A DNA stretch of 64,000 bases from Macrostomum lignano. Its lineage: Eukaryota. Under the pieces are notes generated by a model that made no database searches, was not told the DNA's origin, and saw only the letters and a list, made by a program, of their open reading frames with translations. The stretch is from the NCBI GenBank assembly GCA_002269645.1, contig NIVC01001980.1, positions 1-64,000 on the forward strand, written 5' to 3'. Position 1 is the stretch's first letter, and every line of letters starts with the position of its first letter. Below are positions 51,835 to 63,318 of this stretch, in pieces. Made by a program: the position numbers and the translations under genes.

Positions 51835-54800
51835 TCACACAATCTGCACCTCCAACTGGGTGAGCCTGGCGTACACGCTTGACGGCAGGCGGAACGGCAG
51901 CTTGCCGGCGAACGCCACCAGAGCCTGGGCGCGCTCTCGCATCTCCGCGGCAGCCGGAGGCGCCGGCTCTGCAGATGAGAGGCCGCCGCCGCTGCCGGGC
52001 CGAGCGGCCGCCTCAACAGCGGCCCGGTGCAGCAGCTGCAGCAGGCGCATGCAGGTCAGCAGCAGGTCGGGCAGGCAACGGCGAAGCTCGTCCGAGCCAG
52101 ACGCCTCAAATGCGCGAACTCGGGCGTCGACAGCGTCAAGCCGGGCCGGCAGAAGGCGCAGATGGTCGAGCAGCTGCAGTGCAGCCGAGTGCCGGCCCTC
52201 GTAGAACATGGTGAAGTAGGTGGACAGGTCCAGCAGGCGGTAGAGAGTCCCAGCCAAGGGCGCCCGGGCCTCTTCGCTTGGCCCGGCGCGTCGGAGGCGA
52301 GCGGCGGCCGCGGCGGCGAACTCCAGAGTCCGACGGCGGTCAGGCGCGGCCGGCGGCTGGGCGATGCAGGCGCTGAGTAAGCGGCAGAGCGGGCCGAGGG
52401 TGCGGTCCCAGCGGCCGGCCAGCTCGAACAGGCAGGCGGCCTCCTCCAGGCGGCCGGCGGACTCGCTGGCCTCGGCCACGCCGGCGGCCAGTTCGCTGGC
52501 GTCCAGGCCGAATCGTTGGACGGCGCCTCGTCGTCGGACGCCGGTGTCCGGGTCGACTCGGCCAAGTAGCAGGTCAAATTGCCGGCTAGCCGACACCAGC
52601 TCGGCGGCGGCGGCGCGAAAGGCCGCGCCCGGGCGGAGGCAGTGCAGCAGGTTGAGCGCATCCAACGGGCGGGAGGTCTCCAACCGGCGACTGTAGAGCT
52701 GGACAAGGCGGCAGAGGTTCAAAGCGACCAGGCCGCCGTCAAGACGGCTGGTGAGTGGAGCGTCGGGCGATTCGGCCAGGAGCAGCAGGCGGCGGTCGTG
52801 CATGGCGAGGGCCGCGTGCACCGCATGACAGCGCAGCGGCTCGGAGCGCGACAGAAACGCCAGGGCGAGCTCCCACTGCTGGGTGAGGAACAGCACGCTG
52901 AAGAACAGCAGCGGCTGCTGCCAGGCGCTGAAGTGCGCCTCGCCGTACTCTTCGGCTAGCTGGCGCTGCAGGGCGCCGAGGCTGAGCCGGTCCGAGCGGC
53001 CGTCCCAGGCGATCTGGCTGAGCCTCAGCCATAGGAAATCTTCAACGGAGGTGGCCACGTCGGCATGACAGTCGGCAACATCGCAGCGCGCCATCAGGCA
53101 GATGAGCAGCCGCCTGTACGGGTCCACAGCTCGGCGCAGCTGCGAGGCCAGCCGAGCCTCGGTCTCAGCCGCCAGCTGCCTATCGTTAGCGACGTATTCC
53201 TCTAGAGCCGCTGGGAAGTCGCCCAACACAGCGGCGGCGTCCTTAGCAACGGTCAGAGCGTCGTTGAGAAAGCCGCAACGCATGTGAAAATAGATGACGG
53301 CCCACACCGGTCGGCCGTCCACCTGGCCATCTTCGAGCAGCCCGGCCGGCGGTCTGGGCAGGCCGGCGAATGCGCGAATCAAAGCCCGGTTGCCAGGGAC
53401 GCCTCCAAGCCGGGCCCTGGCCGGTTCCTTAGCAACCGCTTGTCGGACAAATGCCGCATAGCTGGCCTCCAGATGCTCCAATGCTAGTCGGGCGGCGGCG
53501 CGTTGAAACGCCGGCGCGGCCCGGGCCTCGCGCAGAGATCCGTGCGCACCGCGGCGCGCAGAGCCGACGCGGTCAATGAGGGCCCAGAAGTCCACCAGAG
53601 CCGGGTCGCCCAGCTTGCCAGCGACAGCGTGGCGCATAGCGGCGCAAAGATCCGGGCCCGGGTCGCCTCTGTCCAGGGCCGCCTGGGTGTGAGACTCGAG
53701 CGCACCAGCGTAGGTCTGCTCAACCGCAGTGAGCAGGACCCCGGAGCCGCCGCCGCCGCTACCTCCGGCAATAGCGGAGCCGGGCGCGCTGGCGAGAATC
53801 GAATCGGACAGAGCGGCGCCGCCGCCGCCGGCTGAGGTCAGGCGGTCGCGAGTTGGCGCCAGGCTGTCGGGCAAGTCAAAAGCGCTGGCGCCGGCCAGGC
53901 AGGACAGGAGGGCCGCCTTCTCGGCTTCCCAGTCGGCGCGCTGTAGTCGGCGGGATCTGCGGAGCGGCAAATATAATCCCCATATGTACACTGCCATACA
54001 TGGCTCCCTAGCGGAGGTGGGCTAGCGCATTGGCCTAAAGCGCGACAAAGTTAAGCAGAGCTAGTTGCGGTTAGTACGCTTTGTGAGCGGATGGTATTTG
54101 AATCAGCTATTCTCTTGAGTATTTGTCAGTCATTGTTGGCTCTTTAAGTCAGTTATTGCTGGGTATTTGAGTCAGTTATTCTTGCGCATTTGAGTCAGAG
54201 ATTCTTGGGTATTTGAGTCAGTTATTCTTGCGCATTTGAGTCAGTTATTCTTGGGTATTTGAGTCAGTTATTCTTGCGCATTTGAGTCAGAGATTCTTGG
54301 GTATTTGAGTCAGTTATTCTTGCGCATTTGAGTCAGTTATTCTTGGGCATTTGAGTCAGGTAATGTTGGCTATTTGAGTCATGTATTGTAGGGTACGAGT
54401 ATTTGAGTCGGGTATTGTTGGGGTATTTGAGTCAGTCAGTCTTAGTTAATCAATTCTTAATTCTTTAATTCTGGATAGGAGTTGCAGCCCCCAAGGTGCA
54501 GCACTGTACAAGCAGCACATAGACACCAGCACACACTGTACAAACTATTATCATTGAACGAAGCCAGACCTGGCATCCCAATCGCGAGCTGTCCTAGCCC
54601 GACTATGCTCAACAGCGGTGAGCAGAGCATTCTGACGCTCGTTGCGTAGAAACGCCGGCACGTCGGTTGGCGCGGTGGCTTCCAAATTGTCGTAGCCGGA
54701 CAGGGCCGACAGGGCGTCCAGTTGGCGCGGAAGCTGGGGCGCCGAGACGCCGTGGCTGGCCAGGAACTGGGCGGCGGCCAGCTCGCTGTCCTGGCTTGGC

Positions 54801-54943
54801 GGTGGCCTGGCGGCCGCTAGCCGGCTGCCAAGGGAGCGCAGCTGCGGCAGAGTGCGGCTTAGCTGAGGCAGGTCGGCGTCGCCTTGCAGCTGGGTGACCA
54901 GGCCTTCCGCCTCTTCTAGGAGCTGTTCCAGAGTCTGCGTCAT
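51835..54943 (-). CDS. NUP93: Nucleoporin Nup93/Nic96, 2 exons (~831 aa)
   Basis: Exons 54943-54570 and 53956-51835 join in phase (AR|SRRLQRADWEAEK). The N-terminus LEQLLEEAE...LPQLSRTL...FLRNERQNALL and the motifs VWAVIYFHMRCG, DPYRR, EDFLWLRL and VLFLTQQWELAL match the Nic96 family. Confidence 0.93.
54110..54440. repeat. 23-bp TGAGTCA minisatellite in the NUP93 intron
   Basis: Unit atttgagtcagttattcttgggt, with a gcgc variant. Confidence 0.88.
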
Positions 54944-54977
54944 GGCTGCAAGGCAGAGGGGTGGTGCGGAAGGGACC

Positions 54978-55575
54978 ATACAGGTATCGCTGTGATAGGG
55001 GTCAGGGCTGACTCTATACAGGTATCGCTGTGATAGGGGTCAGGGCTGACTCTATACAGGTATCGCTGTGATAGGGGTCAGGGCTGACTCTATACAGGTA
55101 TCGCTGTGAGAGGGGTCAGGGCTGACTCTATACAGGTATCGCTGTGATAGGGGTCAGGGCTAACTCTATACAGGTATCGCTGTGATAGGGGTCAGGGCTG
55201 ACTCTATACAGGTACCGCTGAGATAGGGTCAGGGCTGACTCTATACAGGTATCGCTGTGATAGGGGTCAGGGCTGACTCTATACAGGTACCGCTGTGATA
55301 GGGGTCAGGGCTGACTCTATACAGGTATCGCTGAGATAGGGGTCAGGGCTGACTCTATACAGGTACCGCTGTGATAGGGGTCAGGGCTGACTCTATACAG
55401 GTATCGCTGAGATAGGGGTCAGGGCTGACTCTATACAGGTACCGCTGTGATAGGGGTCAGGGCTGACTCTATACAGGTATCGCTGTGATAGGGGTCAGGG
55501 CTGACTCTATACAGGTATCGCTGTGATAGGGGTCAGAACTACTCTTACAGGTATCGCTGTGATAGGGGTCAGGGC
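54978..55575. repeat. 38-bp minisatellite between GNL2 and NUP93
   Basis: Unit tacaggtatcgctgtgataggggtcagggctgactcta, about 15 copies, bracketed by the direct repeat tggtgcggaagggac. Confidence 0.94.
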
Positions 55576-55792
55576 TGGTGCGGAAGGGACTCGTACAGAT
55601 ATCAATAGTTTGAAGGCTTTTAAATAACAAATCGCAAAGCAAAAACTTCAATGGTCTGACTGGGGAAGCAAACCAGCGACACGTCGGAGACAAATTTATT
55701 TGTTTGCACGGTTTAAACATGAAACTCGCATAAACAGGCCAGTTCAAGCTTCAGCAATGCTCTGAGAAATGGTAAACTAGTGAAAATGGTGC

Positions 55793-58700
55793 TCAGCGGT
55801 TTCCACTCTTTCCGCCTGTCTTCTCCAGCCGCTTGGCCAGGTTGCGATTTTTCACATTCGCCCAGGTGTAAAAATGCTCGCCGACCTTCTTAGGCCGCTG
55901 ATCGCGCTCCGCCCGCCGGCGCTCCCTGGAGGTTGTGGCGCCTTTGCCCGCGGCGGCGGCGCCCGCAGTCCCGGACGCCTTGGCCTTGCGCAGTTTCGCC
56001 TTGGCCAGCTTCGTGAGTCGCCGCTGCTCCCACTGGGGCGTCGCCGACTGCTCGGCGCCTTCCGTCGGCTGCTCGGCGCCTTCCGTCGGCTGCTGCTGCT
56101 CGACATCGGCGCCGCTATGCTGCATCAGCGACAGGAAGCTGGGCAGGAAGTCCGGAACAGACCGACGGTTCTGCATCGGCTGTTTTGCTCGGCTACTAGC
56201 CGGCTTGGCGCTGTTAGCCTCTGAGTCTCTATCCGGTTTCTTCTCAGCCTCCGGCGAGTCTGCATCGCAAACTCCCTCATCGCTAGCTTGTTCCTCTTCA
56301 GCCTCCTCTACTATGATGGCTGCGTCATCGTCATCTTCGGAGGATGTCGCCGCATCGGCTTCGCTGGCAGCTTCCGGCTTCGCTACTGTCTGTTCGGTGA
56401 GTCTAAAAAACAACCATTGGGATGGTCAGCTGATGTATTAAATAATGAGAAATTAGTTAGCTAGTCCTGATTTACAGCCAGTGAGACCATCAGATTGGTC
56501 TGAGTATAAGGGACTGAGGAGAGTCTTTTCTGACTCAGGGATCAGCGGCAATGGCTCAGCTGGCTCATGGGGATCATCAGGGATCATTAGAGATCAGCGG
56601 AAATGGCTTAGTTGACTTAGGGATCAGCGACAATGGCTCAGCTGACTCAGGGATCAGCGAAAATGGCTTAGTTGACTCAGGGATCATCAGGGATCAGCGA
56701 AAATGGTTTAGTTGACTCAGGGATCAGCGACAATGGCTTAGTTGACTCAGGGATCAGCGAAAATGGTTTAGTTGACTCAGGGATCAGCGACAATGGCTTA
56801 GTTGACTCAGGGATCAGCGACAATGGCTTAGTTGACTCAGGGATCAGCGACAATGGCTTAGTTGACTCAGGGATCAGCGACAATGGCTTAGTTGACTCAG
56901 GGATCAGCGACAATGGCTTAGTTGACTCAGGGATCAGCGACAATGGCTTAGTTGACTCAGGGATCAGCGACAATGGCTCAGTTGACTCAGGGATCAGCGA
57001 CAATGGCTTAGTTGACTCAGGGATCAGCGACAATGGCTCAGTTGACTCAGGGATCAGCGACAATGGCTTAGTTGACTCAGGGATCAGCGACAATGGCTTA
57101 GTTGACTCAGGGATCAGCGACAATGGCTCAGTTGACTCAGGGATCAGCGGCAACCATAAGTGATGATGCATATTGGCTTGGGCTTAATTGAGATCTTACT
57201 GGCTCTGAAAAAGCAGCATAAATAAATAGATAGCATATTTATGAGAGTTCCCATGCCCACAATTACCCTTCCACAGCTTCATCAGTGGCCGCAGCATCTG
57301 CAGCCGCCGCAGTCTCAGTTTTAGATTTGCGCTCCAATGCTAGACGCTCGGCGTCAGTCAGCGGCACGTCTGGCGGCTGGGCGTAGTGCGGCAGGCGGCC
57401 GCGCTGGAAGTCATTCAGCAGCATCTTGGCCACGCAGGCCAGGTCCGGCTCGCCGCCTTTCAACAGTTTGCCAGCCTGGCGGGCCAGCTGTTCGAGGAAG
57501 CCCTCAGTGTCGGTCCAGTCGGACACGCTGTACTGCCTGGCCAGGTGCTCCGGCCGCACCCGGGCCAGCACGGCATCGGCGTACAGCTCCGGCTGGCGAA
57601 GGTATTCAACGCGAATGACGCCTTTGAGCACTAGGTCGGCCTCGGAGTCGCCAGTCGGGTAGACAACTCCGGGACAGTCGATCAGGTGGATTCTGCGCAT
57701 CAATGTTACGTATTGCCACACCTTGGAAGCGGACAGGATGGGGACAGGGCTCAGGTGAAAATAATAAGCTGACTGAGCTGAAAATTGGTAATTGGGTCAG
57801 TTACTATTGGTAATTACTCGTAGGTCGGCTATTATTGGTAATTGGGTCAGCTAGTATTAGTAATTGGGTCAGCTAGTATCGGTAATTGGGTCAGCTAGTA
57901 TTGGTAATTGGGTCAGCTAGTATTAGTAATTGGGTCAGCTAGTATCGGTAATTGGGTCAGCTAGTATTGGTAATTGGGTCAGCTAGTATTAGTAATTGGG
58001 TCAGCTAGTATTAGTAATTGGGTCAGCTAGTATTAGTAATTGGGTCAGCTAGTATTAGTAATTGGGTCAGCTAGTATCGGTAATTGGGTCAGTATTTGTT
58101 TTGGAGTTTGTACAAATATAGCGAATGCAGAAAATTTGAGGAATTCAGGACAATCATTTCTCTGTATTTAAACAAATCTTAGTTGAACCATTGCAGCAGT
58201 TGAACTCGAACGAGTTACCTTAGTCTCGCCAGCAATTGGCGCCACCTTGCACACCAGCTTGGACCTCAGCGTATTAATAATGGAACTCTTGCCAACATTG
58301 GGGTAGCCGATAACGCCCACAGCGATCTGCTTCTTGTCCGAGTGCAGCCGGCCGAACTGGCGCAGCAGGCCGATCAGGGCGCCCTTGCCGAACGGGTTGC
58401 GCATGCTGGCGTGGAATGCCAGTGTGGGGTACTCCCTGGATAGCAGCACCTTCCATCGCTTGGTGACAGGCACCGGCACCAGGTCCACTTTGTTTAGAAT
58501 GAATATTATCGGCTTGCGCGTTTTCAAGTACCTTTCCAGATGGGGAGATCTCGTGCCAATCGGATCGCGAGCGTCCAGCACGTACAGGAGCACGTCTGAG
58601 GAATCCAGCACCTTGTACAGCTCGTTCCACACGCGCTTGGACTGGCCGGCTCGGAATATCTGACGGAGATTTCAGTCTTTTATCAGAGTCATGGCGGGAG

Positions 58701-61684
58701 CTGTGTGCACCCTGGCGCACAACCGGCGAGAGGCACACAAGCGCGCGGATACGTACGCAGTCATACGCACAGGCACACACTCACACGGGAGTGTACAGCG
58801 GCCCTTACTTTATTTATCGTTAGGCATGTACACTTCACTGCGCTTTGGGGAGTAGCCCTCAAGGCTGTTAATTGCACGAGCAGAGCCAAGCCAAGATTAA
58901 TTCAGCCCCACCCCCCCCCCCCCACATCACACTGTGGGGCTCTAGGGCTTGCAGTCACATTAGTTCAGCCGCAAATAATGTGACTGCGCTTGGAATCAAG
59001 CCTGGGCCGCTGGACAAAGATACCAGAGGACAAAAGGACCTAAGGACCCAAGGATCCAAGAAGACTAAAGGGCCTAAGGACCCAAGGATCCAATAAGACT
59101 AAAGGGCCTAAGGACCCAAGGATCCAAGAAGACTAAAGGGCCTAAGGACCCAAGGATCCAATAAGACTAAAGGGCCTAAGGACCCAAGGATCCAAGAAGA
59201 CTAAAGGGCCTAAGGACCTAAGGATCACAGAGAACTAAAGGGCCTAAGGACCCAAGGATCACAGAGAACTAAAGGGCCTAAGGACCCAAGGATCCAAGAA
59301 GACTAAAGGGCCTAAGGACCTAAGGATCACAGAGAACTAAAGGGCCTAAGGACCTAAGGATCACAGAGAACTAAAGGGCCTAAGGACCCAAGGATCACAG
59401 AGGACTAAAAGGCTTAAAGGACCTAAGGATCACAGAGAACTAAAGGACCTAAGGACTCAAGGATCCCAGAGGACTAAAGGGCCTAAGGACTCAAGGATAC
59501 CAGGGGACTAAAGGGCCTAAGGACCCAAGGATCCCAAACGACTGAAGGGCCTAAGGACCCAAGGATCCAAGAAGACTAAAGGGCCTAAGGACCTAAGGAT
59601 CACAGAGAACTAAAGGACCTAAAGGACCTAAGGACCCAAGGATCACAGAGGACTAAAAGGCCTAAAGGACCTAAGGACTTAAGGATCCCAGAGGACTAAA
59701 GGGCCTAAGGACCCAAGGATCCCAGAGGACTAAAGGGCCTAAGGACCCAAGGATCCAATAAGACTAAAGGGCCTAAGGACTTAAGGATCACAGAGGACTA
59801 AAGGGGCTAAGGACCCAAGGATCCCAGAGGACTAAAGGACTTAAGTACCAAAGGATCCAAGAAGACTAAAGGACCTGAGAACCCAGAGATCTGAGGACAC
59901 AGTAGACAAACACGCCAGAGTAGAGATTAGAGAACCAAAATAATCCGGATATTAAACGGTGCTAGCCACCCACCGGCTCAGACACCAGCTGTCGCACTCC
60001 GTCATCGTCCCTAGGCAGACTGGAATCTTTCTCAGCTTCGTAGGCCTCGCCGCGCGCCTCGGCCGAAGCGGCCAACGCCGACACGTCTTCGCACTGCAAG
60101 CGCGGCCGCTTCCTGCGCCGCTTCTGGCTGAATGTTTCCTCGAAGCTCTCCGTGTCCAGGATGTGCACCCGGCTATTCTTGGCCTTGCTATTCAACAGAG
60201 TGATTGGCAGTTTGGTACGCCGCATCACCACCTGGTAGGGGTCCTGCGACACTTTGGCCATCTCGTCTTGGAAGCTTTGCAGGTTCGACTGCGTGATCAC
60301 GCGGGTGTTGCCTGGGCGAGAGTGAGCGTGGGTCGCATTGGGCAGGTAATTTTATTGTTTCACTTTAGTCTTCAGCTGTACAAATCCGTCTGGGTATTTG
60401 AGTCAGTAAATAATGGGAATTTGAGTCGGTGAATATTGGGAATTTGTGTCCGTGAATATTGGGAATTTGAGTCAGCGATAATTGGGTACTCGTATTTGAG
60501 TCAGTAAAGAATGGGTATTTGAGTCAGTGAATATCGGGTATTTGAGTCAGTGAATATCGGGTATTTGAGTCAGTGAATATCGGGTATTTGAGTCAGCGAA
60601 TATCGGGTATTTGAGTCAGTGAATATCGGGTATTTGAGTCAGTGAATATCGGGTATTTGAGTCAGCGAATATCGGGTATTTGAGTCAGTGAATATCGGGT
60701 ATTTGAGTCAGTGAATATCGGGTATTTGAGTCAGTGAATATCGGGTATTTGAGTCAGTGAATATCGGGTATTTGAGTCAGTGAATATCGGGTATTTGAGT
60801 CAGTGAATATCAGGTATTTGAGTCAGTAGTGAATATCGGGTATTTGAGTCAGTGAATATCGGGTATTTGAGTCAGTAGTGAATATCGGGTATTTGAGTCA
60901 GTGAATATTGGGTATTTGAGGCAGTAAATATCGGAAATTTTAATCAGACAGTCTTGAGTAGTTGAGACAGTCTTGGGTATTTTAGTGGGTAATTTTTCAG
61001 ATGTTTTTAACACGTTACTTTAGCAAAACACTTCCTGACTAACATTACTTATGCAAGCTCGAAAATAAGTGCATTGAACAATTACACGGAAAGGAGAGCT
61101 TCTCTCATAGAAACTCAGCTATGATTGTACGAGCGTACATGTAATTAAGCATCGAATAATTTCAAAATGAGGCACTCACCGAACCATTTTCTGTTGGGCG
61201 CAATGCGGGCCACAGTGCCAGACGGCAGAGTGGATTGAAACGGTGCCGCTTTGACTATCTTGCCAGTTTTGTCCCTGTTAGCAAAGGTTAATTAGAGGAT
61301 TAATATGATTAGTTGCAATTCTAATAATATGATTATTGCCTGTAATTCTTTTTACCCACCATGCAAGAATTTCGCTCCACATTCTTTACTTTCTACTTAT
61401 TAGTAGACAAACTCTCACAACAAATATTTTACCTTTTGGGCTTGAAATTCCTGTACATCTGCAGCCTGCGAATGGTGCTCTTGTCTCGCATTCCATCTCC
61501 TGTGCGCTGTCTGTCTGCAATGGAAAATGCATATTTAAATATATATACGGTCTATAAGATAAAGCAACCAACAATTGAAACTTGTGCACTTACCAACATT
61601 GAGACTGTGTCCCGTACTGTTCACCCTGTTCCCAGTTCTTGCCTTGCCTTTGTTGGCCTGCCCTTTCTGCTTCGGCTTCCCCAT
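55793..61684 (-). CDS. GNL2: Nucleolar GTP-binding protein 2 (NOG2), circularly permuted GTPase, 7 exons
   Basis: Phase-consistent exons 61684-61594, 61514-61433, 61274-61180, 60311-59974, 58659-58219, 57721-57267 and 56402-55793. Motifs: [39 protein letters not shown] (G4), GYPNVGKS (G1) and DCPG (G3). Confidence 0.95.
56530..57145. repeat. 30-bp TGACTCA minisatellite in GNL2 intron 6
   Basis: Unit gttgactcagggatcagcgacaatggctta. Confidence 0.94.
57790..58095. repeat. 22-bp minisatellite in GNL2 intron 5
   Basis: Unit gtaattgggtcagctagtatta. Confidence 0.93.
58700..59012 (-). mobile_element. 5'-truncated copy of the SINE at 16156-16487, in GNL2 intron 4
   Basis: The reverse complement matches cccaggctcgattccaagtgcagtcac, gctcgtgcaattaac, cgcagtgaagtgtacatgcctaacgata and gtgcgccagggtgcacaca. 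Confidence 0.8.
59020..59895. repeat. ~34-bp minisatellite in GNL2 intron 4
   Basis: Unit aagggcctaaggacccaaggatccaagaagacta with variants. Confidence 0.92.
60390..60935. repeat. 23-bp TGAGTCA minisatellite in GNL2 intron 3
   Basis: Unit atttgagtcagtgaatatcgggt. Confidence 0.94.
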
Positions 61685-62064
61685 GGCTGGAAGGAATGAA
61701 GAATCAGTTGGGAAGCTGCAGCAAATCAATCAACACACGGAAAGTCAAATTGAGAACACAGTGTACTTGCACTTGAAGATGCAAAGTAACATCATGGAAA
61801 ACTGAAGCACGAAAAGCACTACACTCGTCGCAAATTGTAGCAAATTTCACTGCGAAATGCATTGACGAGACAGGAAGACTTCAGTTTTTCAGATATTGGG
61901 AATTAAGTGCTAATAATAATATAATAATAATTGATTACACCTGCCCTGATGACCAGATGTGCAACCGACAGCTCAGCCGCAGCTATTGCGCGGCGCATCT
62001 GAAGGCTGCGTACGGCTGTTCAGTCCAAGGCCTGGGGGGGGGGGTCGCTACACACACCCTCAAC

Positions 62065-62390
62065 AGAGAATATTGAGCATACATAGAATGCCAAAGAATG
62101 CCAACGTAGCTTTTAAAAGTGAAGCAGATTTTCGCGTTCCGCCGGGAGTTTGGCTTTGGACCATAGACTAAAGTGTTTTGAGCTAAAATATATTTGTGAT
62201 AAATGTAGAAATGAGAACTTTAAATAATTAATTGAATACATCTTTCTAGCTCAGGGCACCTAATTTTTCATATATTTTTAGTCTATGGTCCAAAGCCAAA
62301 CTCCCGGCGGAACGAGAAAATTGGCTTCACTTTTTAAAGCTACGAGTCCGTTGGCATTCTATGTATGCTCATCAATCAATATTCTCTAAT
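62065..62390. mobile_element. Foldback/MITE with ~100-bp inverted arms
   Basis: gagcatacatagaatgccaa...gggagtttggctttggaccatagactaaa pairs with tttagtctatggtccaaagccaaactccc...ttggcattctatgtatgctc. Confidence 0.78.
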
Positions 62391-62399
62391 CCTCATTTA

Positions 62400-62560
62400 C
62401 CCCAGCTAATGCTAGCACCCATTTTACAGCTGGGTGAACTGAAACAATGCAGAATCGAGTGTCTTGCTCAAGGACACAAATTGTTCCGAGTGGGTCGAGA
62501 ATCGAACCCCCGACCTTTCAGTCGTAAGACAGACGCGCTAACTGCTAAACCTCCAACGAA
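62400..62560 (-). mobile_element. tRNA-derived SINE with a conserved CORE/Deu-like central domain
   Basis: The minus strand reads gttagcgcg...gggttcgattctc (B-box), then gtgtccttgagcaagacact...cccagctgtaaaatgggt. Confidence 0.75.
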
Positions 62561-62694
62561 ATTGCCACGAGTTGCAAGTGCAGCGCATGGATGCTTAATA
62601 TAATTAATATTTAACTATTGACAATAAGGAAATAAACATCAAATTTAAGAAATCAGCGTCTATCAAACAAAATGTTACAATTAGCCACTCGTGT

Positions 62695-62900
62695 ATTTGC
62701 ATGGCAATCATGCTTCGGCGCAACCTAGGGATTCACCCGGCCGTTTCTATTGACAACACACACACACACACGTAAGTCGCTATTGGACAGAATAGTAGTC
62801 ACGATACTGCTATCAGCCAATAGCGACTTACATGTGTGTGTTGCCAATAAAAACGGCCGGGTGATTCCCAAGGTTGCGCATGAATGGCCAATGGCAATAC
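62695..62900. mobile_element. Foldback/MITE
   Basis: gcgcaacctagggattcacccggccgttt...gtaagtcgctattgg (62718-62785) is inverted at ccaatagcgacttac...aaacggccgggtgattcccaaggttgcgc (62817-62879). Confidence 0.75.
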
Positions 62901-63318
62901 AGTTACTATGTACTAATTAAGTCAGTACCATAGAGTCGTTCTTGAAGTAGCCCAAAGTACAACTCAAATTACGCATCAAAAATATTAATGACAATTTTTG
63001 GTTATAAATTAAAAGACTAACGGATGTCAGAGTTGAATTATTAAATTGTGTAAATCATTCAACAGATTAAAAAATATCAGAGAAATCGTAGTTATAAATC
63101 ATAGTAAACAATTTTGCAGCCTAGTTGATCCTGCAATTACTCGATTGAATAATGCATTGGCCGTCTATGGCACAGACTGGGCCTTTCCTAATACCAATGA
63201 ATTGCGTACTCACAGAATCAACTAGGCTGCAAAAGGGTAGTAACATGTAATGCAAACAGATTATACAGACAGAAGCGAGAATAGAGACATTAGCACCAGG
63301 TATAACATAGATGGCACA

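Noticed and set aside
37366-53835. Long antisense and alternative-frame ORFs over dynein and NUP93 (also over the GPCR and OCA2)
   Set aside because: They are expected shadows of GC-rich, codon-biased CDS and have no recognisable motifs.
56672-57171. [10 protein letters not shown] / [10 protein letters not shown] repeat ORFs
   Set aside because: These come from a 30-bp minisatellite inside GNL2 intron 6. The same applies to ORFs at 10307, 12799-13387, 25251-26042 and 29009-29456.
62490-62560. tRNA-Val(TAC) gene on the minus strand
   Set aside because: The acceptor and D stems are degenerate, and the sequence continues directly into a SINE body.
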